Of a stretch of 16,539 nt of DNA, positions 9,412 through 16,539 are shown piece by piece. Made by a program: the position numbers and the translations under genes. This DNA comes from a virus (taxonomy: Duplodnaviria > Heunggongvirae > Uroviricota > Caudoviricetes). How positions within the stretch are numbered: position 1 is the stretch's first letter; every line of letters starts with the position of its first letter. The notes under the pieces are model-generated. The model did not search any database. It was given only the letters and a program-made list of their open reading frames with translations, and was not told the origin of the DNA. The stretch lies in the IMG/VR virus record IMGVR_UViG_3300046327_000158, positions 1 through 16,539 of that record; one strand, written 5' to 3'.

Positions 9412-9954
9412 TTACAGGTCGTTACCTTGTTTTCTTAGTTTATTAAAAAATAGAGATGCGTTAAATGTATATTTTTTACCTGCCTTTAAGCTAATAGACA
9501 AGGCTTTCTTAACTTTCCTAGAAAAGCTATAATCAAATACCCACGGTTTAAATATGTTGTCTGTTTCGATAGGTACAAAGGCTAAGTTATATATCTTATT
9601 GTCTGTCCTTGGATTTAGCTTTATTGATCCATCAACTGGGTTGTGGGAGCTTTTATTATCCATTTCTTGTATTACCCCAAAATACCCTAGACCATCTACA
9701 AAGACTCCACCTGAAGACTCTGCTATTTTTTCACCTACTATCTCGTAAAATTTAGACACTATCTTTCCGTGCTCTATGTAATTCTCTACGTCTTCTAGGT
9801 TTGCAAGTTTAGAGTTATCTCTGTAGTATTGATAAGCTTTGTAGTCTCTTAAAGAGAAACTGCTTCCAAGATCACCAAGAGATTTCTTTCTACCCCTGCT
9901 TCTAAAAATATATCTAAAGGCTTCCTTAGTAAAAGGTTTACTAGGTGTCTTCAT
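9412..9954 (-). CDS. IHF/HU-like basic protein of the crAss-like tail module, 180 aa
   Basis: Lys-rich; FYEIVGEKIAESSGGVFVDGLGYFGV resembles the HU/IHF helix-turn-strand core; syntenic position beside the tubular gene. Confidence 0.55.
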   Translation of the reverse strand: MKTPSKPFTKEAFRYIFRSRGRKKSLGDLGSSFSLRDYKAYQYYRDNSKLANLEDVENYIEHGKIVSKFYEIVGEKIAESSGGVFVDGLGYFGVIQEMDNKSSHNPVDGSIKLNPRTDNKIYNLAFVPIETDNIFKPWVFDYSFSRKVKKALSISLKAGKKYTFNASLFFNKLRKQGNDL

Positions 9955-9956
9955 TC

Positions 9957-10625
9957 TTACTTCTCGTTATTGTTTAAATTAGGGTTTTCGTCTAATGCTA
10001 CTTGTTTTTTCATAGATACTTCTTTTACAGTCTCTGATATTATTAGCTCTTCTAACTTATCTGGGACTACAAAATCATATTCCCATAGGCTTTTACATCC
10101 TGGTTCGCTGCATGCTGATGCATCATCTATTTGGTCTAGGTCTACTGTAAGTAGGTATAAGTTTACAATTTGTATTTCTGTATCTAATAAGTATAGATAG
10201 CCGTCTTTTACGTAGTAGTTTATGTAGTCTGTTCCAGAAACCCTAGCTTTATCTCTTCTATACTGTGATGGTGTAGTAGATTTAAACTCTTTTACATCGT
10301 CAACTGTTGTAACCTCTTTAAGAGTGTTACCGTATCTGCTGTAAATAAGTTTAGGTAGTTTCTTTTTTGACTTCATTATAGAGTTACACTTTCTAAACTC
10401 TATGATATCACATTTTACTGATTCTATTCTTTCTAGCTCAAAACAATCTAGTGTTGTATATAGGTTATCTTCTCTAAATAAACTCCTGTCATTAAGCTTT
10501 TGTGATATATAAAATGTTGATTTTTGTTTTCCAACATGAAGTATATATCTACGTGAAATCCTGTCATCCTTAGATAACGAATTTAGTCCATTTAGTACTC
10601 TTGATGTAAATTCTGAATTAGTCAC
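9957..10625 (-). CDS. Second tail ring protein (222 aa; start corrected to GTG at 10625)
   Basis: The track start (10724) lies inside the terminator and upstream of the promoter. An in-frame GTG with A-rich leader (AAAACATATAAAAGTG) gives MTNSEFTSRVLNGLNSLSKDDRISRRYIL; C-terminal CKSLWEYDFVVPDKL recalls crAss-like ring proteins. Confidence 0.65.
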   Translation of the reverse strand: MTNSEFTSRVLNGLNSLSKDDRISRRYILHVGKQKSTFYISQKLNDRSLFREDNLYTTLDCFELERIESVKCDIIEFRKCNSIMKSKKKLPKLIYSRYGNTLKEVTTVDDVKEFKSTTPSQYRRDKARVSGTDYINYYVKDGYLYLLDTEIQIVNLYLLTVDLDQIDDASACSEPGCKSLWEYDFVVPDKLEELIISETVKEVSMKKQVALDENPNLNNNEK

Positions 10626-10645
10626 TTTTATATGTTTTAAGGTTA

Positions 10646-10686
10646 CAAAATTAGTAAAATTTTTTGTGTTTACCAAATTAGTTAAA
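10646..10686 (-). promoter_or_regulatory. Putative Bacteroidota-type promoter, conserved motif copy 2
   Basis: Minus strand TTTAACTAATTTGGTAAACACAAAAAATTTTACTAATTTTG, ending 20 nt before the GTG at 10625; same 27-nt spacing between the two TAATTT boxes as copy 1. Confidence 0.7.
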
Positions 10687-10692
10687 GATTTT

Positions 10693-10722
10693 AAAAAAGA
10701 AGAGGGGCCGAAGCCCCCCCTC
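10693..10722 (-). terminator. Strong Rho-independent terminator with C(UUCG)G tetraloop
   Basis: Minus strand GAGGGGGGGC-UUCG-GCCCCUCUUC-UUUUUU: 10-bp stem including two G-U pairs. Confidence 0.85.
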
Positions 10723-10731
10723 ACCCAACAG

Positions 10732-10758
10732 AAAAAAGAGGAAAACCAAAAACCTCTT
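10732..10758 (-). terminator. Weaker upstream hairpin, possible tandem terminator
   Basis: Minus strand AAGAGG-UUUUUGGUUUU-CCUCUU-UUUU, just after the stop at 10763. Confidence 0.45.
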
Positions 10759-10762
10759 ATCG

Positions 10763-11686
10763 TTATAGTACAGAAACCTTTGCGGCTTCTTGTACTTGTT
10801 GCCAGTAATACATACTAGCACTATTCTCTCTTATTTGTAAGTTATCTTTGTAAGGTAGTTTATTTATATAAGCGGCCTTGTAAAAAAGATCTTTATGATC
10901 TGGTCCAACACCTGCATTATGTAATATCCAATATTTATCAATGGACTCTAAACCATGTATGGTCCATCCAAAGTCAAGTCTAGGATCTACCTTTGTCTCA
11001 TGACCACTTAGCCAAGCGTTCCAAAGTAATGACCACATGCCGGCTGTCCACTTTTGTATAGGGTAATCAGCAGGGTGTTTTTTTACATGTAATGGTTCTT
11101 GTTTGCAAAAGTATTTGTATAGTTCTACACTGTCTTTTTCTACTTTTTCCCAAAATTCATATCCCTCACCAATTATTATATACTGTGCCCCTCCTGAATT
11201 ACTATTCATTAGCTTAGGTATTGTTTTATCTATACCTACTATTTCGCACATGCTTTCGTATACCTCGTTCCCTTTCTGTTGTATGTAGTCGTAGTTTATG
11301 TATGAGTTTGTATCACTCATGTACCATATTTTCTTATCTACTACCCATTGAACTTCCGGTGGTCTTGTAAAAACTATATCACTATCGTGTAAAAATAATC
11401 TCTCTTCTTTTAATTCTGGGTGAGCTTTCATGTGACTGCTCATAAGGTTGAAGTACACTGATGGTACATAGCTCTTATCTGCCCTACTATCATTATAGAA
11501 AAAGAATCTTACTGTGTTATAATGCTGTTGTAGTTTTATCCAATCTTGTGGTATGTGATTATTTTGTGTTGCACAAAGAATGTCAATTTTATTAGGGTTT
11601 ACCCCATGCTTTTTGAAGTTGTTTATAAGTACTTCTACTTGCCAGGTATAATAATTGCTGGCTGGTTGTGCACATATGTATCTCAT
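10763..11686 (-). CDS. GT-A fold glycosyltransferase resembling plant peptidyl-serine galactosyltransferase / Hyp O-arabinosyltransferase (GT96/GT95-like), 307 aa
   Basis: Ordered motifs NYYTWQVEVLINNFKKHG, LFLHDSDIVFTRP (DxD), NSGGAQY, WTAGMWSLLWNAW and WILHNAG parallel recalled SGT1 motifs (YFDWQTVGLMHSF, ILDADM, GG, WISEMYGY, LMHYG). Glycosyltransferase status is well supported; the family assignment needs a profile search. Confidence 0.7.
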   Translation of the reverse strand: MRYICAQPASNYYTWQVEVLINNFKKHGVNPNKIDILCATQNNHIPQDWIKLQQHYNTVRFFFYNDSRADKSYVPSVYFNLMSSHMKAHPELKEERLFLHDSDIVFTRPPEVQWVVDKKIWYMSDTNSYINYDYIQQKGNEVYESMCEIVGIDKTIPKLMNSNSGGAQYIIIGEGYEFWEKVEKDSVELYKYFCKQEPLHVKKHPADYPIQKWTAGMWSLLWNAWLSGHETKVDPRLDFGWTIHGLESIDKYWILHNAGVGPDHKDLFYKAAYINKLPYKDNLQIRENSASMYYWQQVQEAAKVSVL

Positions 11687-11691
11687 AACTA

Positions 11692-12375
11692 TTAATTTCT
11701 TTTTATTAAATAATTATTAGTAGTGGTATTTTTACCATGCACATTCCAAATAGTTTGATCTGCATTGTCTATTTCCTTGTGAATAAGACCAGCTTTCATC
11801 CATGCCTTTCTCCAAGCTACATCTTCCCAATCATTTCCTAATTCTTTTCTTGTCAAATTAATAATTTGATCTAATGCTTTTTTAGTAAAGGCAAAAGTCA
11901 TAGGCATGTGTGAGTTATCCTCTTTAGATATTCTTCCTAAGGTAGTATAACCACTCTTATTTTTTATAACTGTGAACCCATTTAACTGTGTTCCTACTTT
12001 AGAAGAGGCAATGTCTGCATCTGGGTTACTTTTAAAAAAGTCTACTAAGTTTTTTATATAATCTTTTTTATAGATATCATCGTCATCCATCTTTATGAAT
12101 AAATCATAATCTTGATAATTAGGTACTGATTTTATAGTGTCCATAGCATTATAGTGAGTGAAGCAAACTTTGTGGTTTATCTGCTCTGTATAAACTACTC
12201 TTGGATCTTTTATATCATCTATCAATACATTATTAAAAACTTGTTGAAAGTCATCAATTTTAAGACTTAGTGCAAATGTAAAATCTTTATATGTTTGGTT
12301 AAGTACATCTAGTAAAGTGTATCTTAACATTGCCCCCCTCTTGAAATGTGAGGGGGTAAATATTAGTACTTTCAT
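11692..12375 (-). CDS. Glycosyltransferase family 2 (GT-A), 227 aa
   Basis: MKVLIFTPS...LLDVLNQTYKDF N-terminus, IKMDDDDIY acidic motif and WEDVAW motif. Confidence 0.85.
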   Translation of the reverse strand: MKVLIFTPSHFKRGAMLRYTLLDVLNQTYKDFTFALSLKIDDFQQVFNNVLIDDIKDPRVVYTEQINHKVCFTHYNAMDTIKSVPNYQDYDLFIKMDDDDIYKKDYIKNLVDFFKSNPDADIASSKVGTQLNGFTVIKNKSGYTTLGRISKEDNSHMPMTFAFTKKALDQIINLTRKELGNDWEDVAWRKAWMKAGLIHKEIDNADQTIWNVHGKNTTTNNYLIKRN

Positions 12376-12392
12376 TTTTATTTATTTATTTA

Positions 12393-13619
12393 TTAAATAC
12401 AACCTGAGCCTTCTTGATCAAGAGTTACACTTATTGATGGATCTGTAGATAAATCTACTCCCGTAAACTCTACATAACCACTGCTTACTTGACATTGGCT
12501 ATATCCTGCAGATGTTGATACTCTTACTGGAGTATCTGCTCCATGAGAAGAGAATACTACTATTGTAGAAAAAGATGTTCCGGCATATACACCTATTGCT
12601 GATGCTCCTGGTGAAAGTGGGAAAGTGCCTAGTGGTACTATAATATCTGTTCCATCTACTTGTACATTGTTCAAATATGCATTAGCACCTGGAGAATTTA
12701 AGTTATAAACACTTATGTTTCCTTGGCTTGGTGCAGCTGTTGTTGTACTAGTTGTTGTAGTTGTTGTAGTTGTAGTCTCTTCTGGACATACTCCTGTTAC
12801 ATTCAAGGTTGCATCACCATTAGTCACTACGGTACCGTCTAAAGCACAGAACGTTGTAGAGTCATAACCGCTTGTACCTCCTATGCTAATTGATTGAGGG
12901 TTTCCTCCACAATCTGTATAATTAGCTCCTCCATTTGTATTTGTGCCTAATAAGTACTCAAGGCATTGTGCAGGTGGAGCTGTGGTTGTTGTTGTACTAG
13001 TTGTAGTAGTCGTAGGTGCAGCTGTTGTTGTACTAGTTGTAGTAGTCGTAGGTGCAGCTGTTGTTGTACTAGTTGTAGTAGTCGTAGGTGCAGCTGTTGT
13101 TGTACTAGTCGTAGTAGTGGTTGTATTACCTGAACAAGCTATTACAAATGGATATGATGCTTGGTGAGTTATTGTTTGCTCAGTAAGAGCAATCATTGTA
13201 CCTCCAAAATAATCATACAACTCTAATCTTATAGTAACTGTTCCAGATGCATTCGTCTCTGTATACTCTACTTGTGTTGGTGTATACATTGCTGTAGCTC
13301 CTGAAGATGCAACTGTAGATGCTTCTACGTAGTAACCAACAGGTGCTCCTGTTATATTAACTGGGAATATGATACCACATGTTGCATTATCATTACAATT
13401 TCCTGTTGATCTACAAATTGGTGTACCTGTTGCTATGTAAATAGAAGCTGGTGCAGCCGTAGTTGTGCTAGTTGTAGTACTAGTTGTTGTAGTCGTTGTA
13501 CTAGTTGTGGTTGTTGTAGGTGGTACAGTTGTCGTACTAGTTGTACTAGTAGTACTAGTAGTCGTAGTAGCAGGTATTTCCTCAGATAATCTGTATATAT
13601 TTCTTTTGAAATTTTTCAT
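12393..13619 (-). CDS. Thr-rich, mucin-like modular protein (408 aa), probable virion-decorating or fibre-associated protein
   Basis: Three poly-Thr/Ser blocks ending in AAP/APP separate three Cys-containing beta-rich domains. No hydrophobic signal peptide. Starts 2 nt after the fibre gene stop. Confidence 0.7.
   Translation of the reverse strand: MKNFKRNIYRLSEEIPATTTTSTTSTTSTTTVPPTTTTTSTTTTTTSTTTSTTTAAPASIYIATGTPICRSTGNCNDNATCGIIFPVNITGAPVGYYVEASTVASSGATAMYTPTQVEYTETNASGTVTIRLELYDYFGGTMIALTEQTITHQASYPFVIACSGNTTTTTTSTTTAAPTTTTTSTTTAAPTTTTTSTTTAAPTTTTTSTTTTTAPPAQCLEYLLGTNTNGGANYTDCGGNPQSISIGGTSGYDSTTFCALDGTVVTNGDATLNVTGVCPEETTTTTTTTTSTTTAAPSQGNISVYNLNSPGANAYLNNVQVDGTDIIVPLGTFPLSPGASAIGVYAGTSFSTIVVFSSHGADTPVRVSTSAGYSQCQVSSGYVEFTGVDLSTDPSISVTLDQEGSGCI
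12988..13095. repeat. Three exact tandem 36-bp repeats (coding PTTTTTSTTTAA phase), plus a degenerate fourth copy to about 13125
   Basis: Unit gttgttgtactagttgtagtagtcgtaggtgcagct at 12988, 13024 and 13060. Confidence 0.95.
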
Positions 13620-13621
13620 AG

Positions 13622-14719
13622 TTATGCTATTACATTACCTAGTAAATAAAAAGTTTCTGATGAAAGTTTCTTTTCAAGAAAAGCTTGATAGTTTTGCCCT
13701 TTTATTTTAAGCCCTGTAGCGGTGTTTATTGTAGTGCCTGAGGCAACAAATGTAACTAATCCTGTACCTTCTTGTACAAAACCCACTTCAAAGCCTATTG
13801 ATAATCCTGCAGGTACTGTAATTGTTACAGGTGAAGTTCCATTATCTATAAATATTGTATGTTCTACATCGCCATTTGTTAAGGTATAGTCTCCGGTAAT
13901 AACTTTTTGTAAGTTTCTTACTCCAAAGGTTGTACCTGATAAATACAAGCCCAGTCCTGCTGAGTATGTTGTATCAGTGTCAGTTGAGCTAACAGTGAAG
14001 TTAGGATAAGATCCGCTAACTGTTGTAGCCCCTGAACCTGCTATTGCAACTACTTGGTCTGGTGCTGTATTTGTTACTACATAAGGAGAAGCTATTGTAC
14101 CAGTTCCTGAAACAGATATTGCTGTACCTGCTGTAACTTTTGTTTCGCTTCCATCTACTGATACTGCAAAATCTATTTCGTTTGCCTCTTCTGTAATAGT
14201 TATTGTACCATTTTGAGATTTTAGTCTTTTAAAGCTTAAGTTTACATTGTCTCCAGTTCTAATTGCATTTTTGTATACACCAGCTCCTGTACCTACATTT
14301 GATGCAGAGTATGTTATCTGGTTATCTTGTATAAAGTCTTTTAGTATTACTACATCTAGTCCTATTTCTATTTCTTTATCGTCTGTTGACAAATCTACTG
14401 TTATAATAGTGTTTGATGGTGTAATAGATCTAATCTCTTTTCTACCAATTCCATCTACTCCTTTATATACTCTAGTTCCTTGACCAACACTTATTAAACT
14501 GAAAGAGTTTGCTAATTGATTTGATAAATCACAAAGGTATGTGTCTAATTGACCAAAGGCTTCTGTTAAAAGCGTTCCTGTTTTTATTTCAGTGCAAGGT
14601 AAATCCTCACCTGTATAAAGTACACAATCTGTGCTTAAGTCTTTAATTGGACAAGCACAATCAACTGTTTGACATGATGATGTACATATTGTATTCGTTG
14701 TTCTTCCGCAGTTACACAT
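13622..14719 (-). CDS. Tail fibre-like protein (365 aa)
   Basis: Cys-rich N-terminus (CACPIKDLSTDCVLYTGEDLPC), repeated VGQG/VGTG..VYK...FKRLKS segments, VTAGTAISVSGTGT stalk motifs, and a C-terminal YTL..GD...TITVP...QEGTGLVTF...FYLLGN beta-sandwich common in phage fibres. Confidence 0.65.
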   Translation of the reverse strand: MCNCGRTTNTICTSSCQTVDCACPIKDLSTDCVLYTGEDLPCTEIKTGTLLTEAFGQLDTYLCDLSNQLANSFSLISVGQGTRVYKGVDGIGRKEIRSITPSNTIITVDLSTDDKEIEIGLDVVILKDFIQDNQITYSASNVGTGAGVYKNAIRTGDNVNLSFKRLKSQNGTITITEEANEIDFAVSVDGSETKVTAGTAISVSGTGTIASPYVVTNTAPDQVVAIAGSGATTVSGSYPNFTVSSTDTDTTYSAGLGLYLSGTTFGVRNLQKVITGDYTLTNGDVEHTIFIDNGTSPVTITVPAGLSIGFEVGFVQEGTGLVTFVASGTTINTATGLKIKGQNYQAFLEKKLSSETFYLLGNVIA

Positions 14720-14740
14720 TTTTATTTATTTTTTATTTGT

Positions 14741-15955
14741 TTATAATATTGTTGTTGTGCTAGTTGTTATACCGCTACATGGTTGTGATGATGTTATGAC
14801 ACCATTAGAAACTGTGTATACGTTTACGTTATCTGTTAAATAAGTGTAATTCAATGGTATTGGTTGATTTGTATCTACTGTTGCACTGTATACACTAACC
14901 CCAGGCATCAAAGAAGTGTGACCAGTATCTAAGGTTATACCATTTAGATAAAATTCGCTACAAGGTAATAACTCATTTCTAACTTTTGTAGAGTGTAAGA
15001 GATAACGTGCAGTATCTACAAACCGGCCTATGTTATCTGTAATAACACCATTTTCTACTTTCCAAATCCATGTATATGGGTTTATGTTATATTGATCTGG
15101 TACGTTTGCAATTAGATATTTTAAAGGAAAAGTCCATTGTTGTGTACATTGTTGATCCATGTAAATTGTTGTACCTACACCTAAGAATTGACCGTTTGGT
15201 ATATGTGTGTATTGGCTATAGTCATATGCAACTGTCCAATACTTACCTGCTTCTGGTCCATCTATGTTATAAAGTGCTGTTCCTACTGGGTTATCCATTA
15301 TACGAGAATATAACGTAGGATTTATCATATTGGTTGTTGTACTAGTTGTTGTACTTGTTGTGCCTGGGCAACCACAGCTTTGAGAGGCTCCTCCAGCATC
15401 AACTAATGTTGCCATATAGAAAGGTGCTGATGAAGATAGTATATTAAAGAAAAAGATATTACCGTTAATAGCACGGGGTACCCAATCCCCAATAGATAAA
15501 GGTGTTACCGTTTTTATTATCACATTAGTGCCAACAACATAATCACAATTTGGGCATGCATACTGATTAGCTACATAGTAATAAAATGGATCTGTAGTTG
15601 TTGTACTAGTGGTAATAGGAGTAGTAGTAGTTGTAGTGGTTGTAGGACAACAAGCTTCTACTTGTGATTGTATAACTTCTAGTGTTACTAAGCTTTGTTC
15701 TAAAGCTACTTGCAACTGTTCTATAAGAAGTTGTTGGTCTCTGTTTTCTTCTTCTAAAGCTACTATATCTGAATTAGCTGCTACAAGACTTCTAACTATG
15801 TATTCTAATATCACTGCTAAACTTGCAGTATTTTGTGTACCTAAGTATTCTATTGCTAGACCATAAAAGATACAATTTGTTAGTAAGGACCCCTGAATGC
15901 AGGGATCCTCTTGTGTATTTAAAATTGGTATATTTGTTTGATTACATCCTTCCAT
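14741..15955 (-). CDS. Coiled-coil plus Thr-linker modular protein (404 aa), probable fibre/adhesin
   Basis: N-terminal about 105 aa paralogous to 15986-16303 and ending in CCP, followed by three Thr blocks flanking two variable regions. Confidence 0.65.
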   Translation of the reverse strand: MEGCNQTNIPILNTQEDPCIQGSLLTNCIFYGLAIEYLGTQNTASLAVILEYIVRSLVAANSDIVALEEENRDQQLLIEQLQVALEQSLVTLEVIQSQVEACCPTTTTTTTTPITTSTTTTDPFYYYVANQYACPNCDYVVGTNVIIKTVTPLSIGDWVPRAINGNIFFFNILSSSAPFYMATLVDAGGASQSCGCPGTTSTTTSTTTNMINPTLYSRIMDNPVGTALYNIDGPEAGKYWTVAYDYSQYTHIPNGQFLGVGTTIYMDQQCTQQWTFPLKYLIANVPDQYNINPYTWIWKVENGVITDNIGRFVDTARYLLHSTKVRNELLPCSEFYLNGITLDTGHTSLMPGVSVYSATVDTNQPIPLNYTYLTDNVNVYTVSNGVITSSQPCSGITTSTTTIL

Positions 15956-15985
15956 GGTTACTTCTAGGTTTTTTTAATATTATTT

Positions 15986-16303
15986 TTATTCTGGACAACA
16001 AGTAGCTAAGATAGCTTGTATATCAAAGATTACTTCTTGTATTTGAGTTACTTGTTCTTGAAGATTTGTTATTTGAATTGCTTGTTGTGCATTCTCTTCT
16101 TGTAGTTGTGTAACTCCAGTATTGTTACTTTGCAAAGATAAAACTATTGCTTGTATGATAGAGGTCAAGTTTTGATTATCCTCTATAAAAAGATATGTTA
16201 TTGGCTCCGTGTGTACAACACAATCTGTTGAAGTGTGTAGTCCATTACATGGATCTTCTTGTTGTACTATAACCGGAGTGGTCATTTGACTGCATGTTCC
16301 CAT
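15986..16303 (-). CDS. Stand-alone Cys/coiled-coil domain protein (105 aa), paralogue of the N-terminus of the next gene
   Basis: Shares QEDPC, T.C, I.YL, IV.SL, L.EEN and IQ....CCP with the 404-aa protein. Confidence 0.7.
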   Translation of the reverse strand: MGTCSQMTTPVIVQQEDPCNGLHTSTDCVVHTEPITYLFIEDNQNLTSIIQAIVLSLQSNNTGVTQLQEENAQQAIQITNLQEQVTQIQEVIFDIQAILATCCPE

Positions 16304-16307
16304 AGTA

Positions 16308-16539
16308 TTAAGGTGTTTGTGTGTTGTCTAATAAATATTGAAGAAGTTCTCCTAAAGTATTTATAGGGGAATTACATTGGTCTACTAATCCAGAAAGGTC
16401 TAAGCACTCTGTTATGATTTTGTCGCATATTGCTTCATTCTCTAAGTACTCCACTCTTTGTTTTAGTGAACATATTTCCTCTTCATACTTAATTAATACA
16501 TTTTTTACAATGTTTTTATTATCTTCTTGAACATAAGTA
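16308..16539 (-). CDS. Partial CDS (3' end) of a Cys/coiled-coil structural protein
   Basis: Manual translation TYVQEDNKNIVKNVLIKYEEEICSLKQRVEYLENEAICDK...LVDQCNSPINTLGELLQYLLDNTQTP*, stop at 16308-16310; 5' end is outside the window. Confidence 0.7.
   Translation of the reverse strand, partial: TYVQEDNKNIVKNVLIKYEEEICSLKQRVEYLENEAICDKIITECLDLSGLVDQCNSPINTLGELLQYLLDNTQTP

Larger units (their letters stand above)
1..16539 (-). mobile_element. Bacteriophage virion/tail gene region, crAss-like (Crassvirales or relative), probable Bacteroidota host
   Basis: Densely packed co-oriented genes. The order ring - IHF-like - ring - stabilization/muzzle - cargo matches the crAss-like tail module as I recall it. 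A-rich, SD-less starts and TAnnTTTG promoter elements are typical of Bacteroidota. No integrase or host genes in the window, so prophage versus free phage cannot be decided. Confidence 0.8.

Noticed and set aside
10626-10724. N-terminal 33 codons of the 255-aa ORF-track call (MRGGFGPSS...)
   Set aside because: They run through the terminator hairpin and the promoter motif; the GTG at 10625 has a better initiation context.
12988-13125. 36-bp direct repeats resembling a CRISPR repeat length
   Set aside because: The copies are head-to-tail with no spacers, are in codon phase and encode the Thr linker.
125-16005. All plus-strand ORFs in the track (e.g. 2265-2732, 5967-6401, 12943-13167, 13465-13710, 15609-15866)
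   Set aside because: They are antisense shadows of long minus-strand genes; the Val-rich ones are simply reverse complements of Thr codons.
12393-16303. Diversity-generating retroelement target in the fibre genes
   Set aside because: No reverse transcriptase, and no TR/VR pair differing only at adenines was seen in the window.
1-16539. Active stop-codon reassignment as in some crAss-like phages
   Set aside because: The standard code gives near-complete coding density, including a 2193-aa ORF; no gene is fragmented by isolated TAG or TGA.

Overview
AT-rich window whose real genes all lie on the minus strand. It reads as the virion/tail region of a crAss-like (Crassvirales or related) phage of a Bacteroidota host; this is recognised from motifs and gene order, not from a database search. 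In transcription order (right to left): three Cys/coiled-coil fibre or adaptor-type proteins and a tail-fibre-like gene, a Thr-repeat (mucin-like) protein, two glycosyltransferases, a double terminator plus promoter, a ring/tubular protein, an IHF-like protein, a second ring protein, a 2193-aa tail stabilization/muzzle-like protein whose C-terminal part appears to be a separate 309-aa gene, an overlapping promoter/terminator, and a GH73 peptidoglycan-hydrolase gene that runs off the left edge and is absent from the ORF track. The best candidate for a new system is a phage-encoded protein O-glycosylation module: a glycosyltransferase with motifs of the plant SGT1/HPAT (GT96/GT95) peptide O-glycosyltransferases and a GT2, directly downstream of genes for poly-Thr/Ser virion-type proteins.
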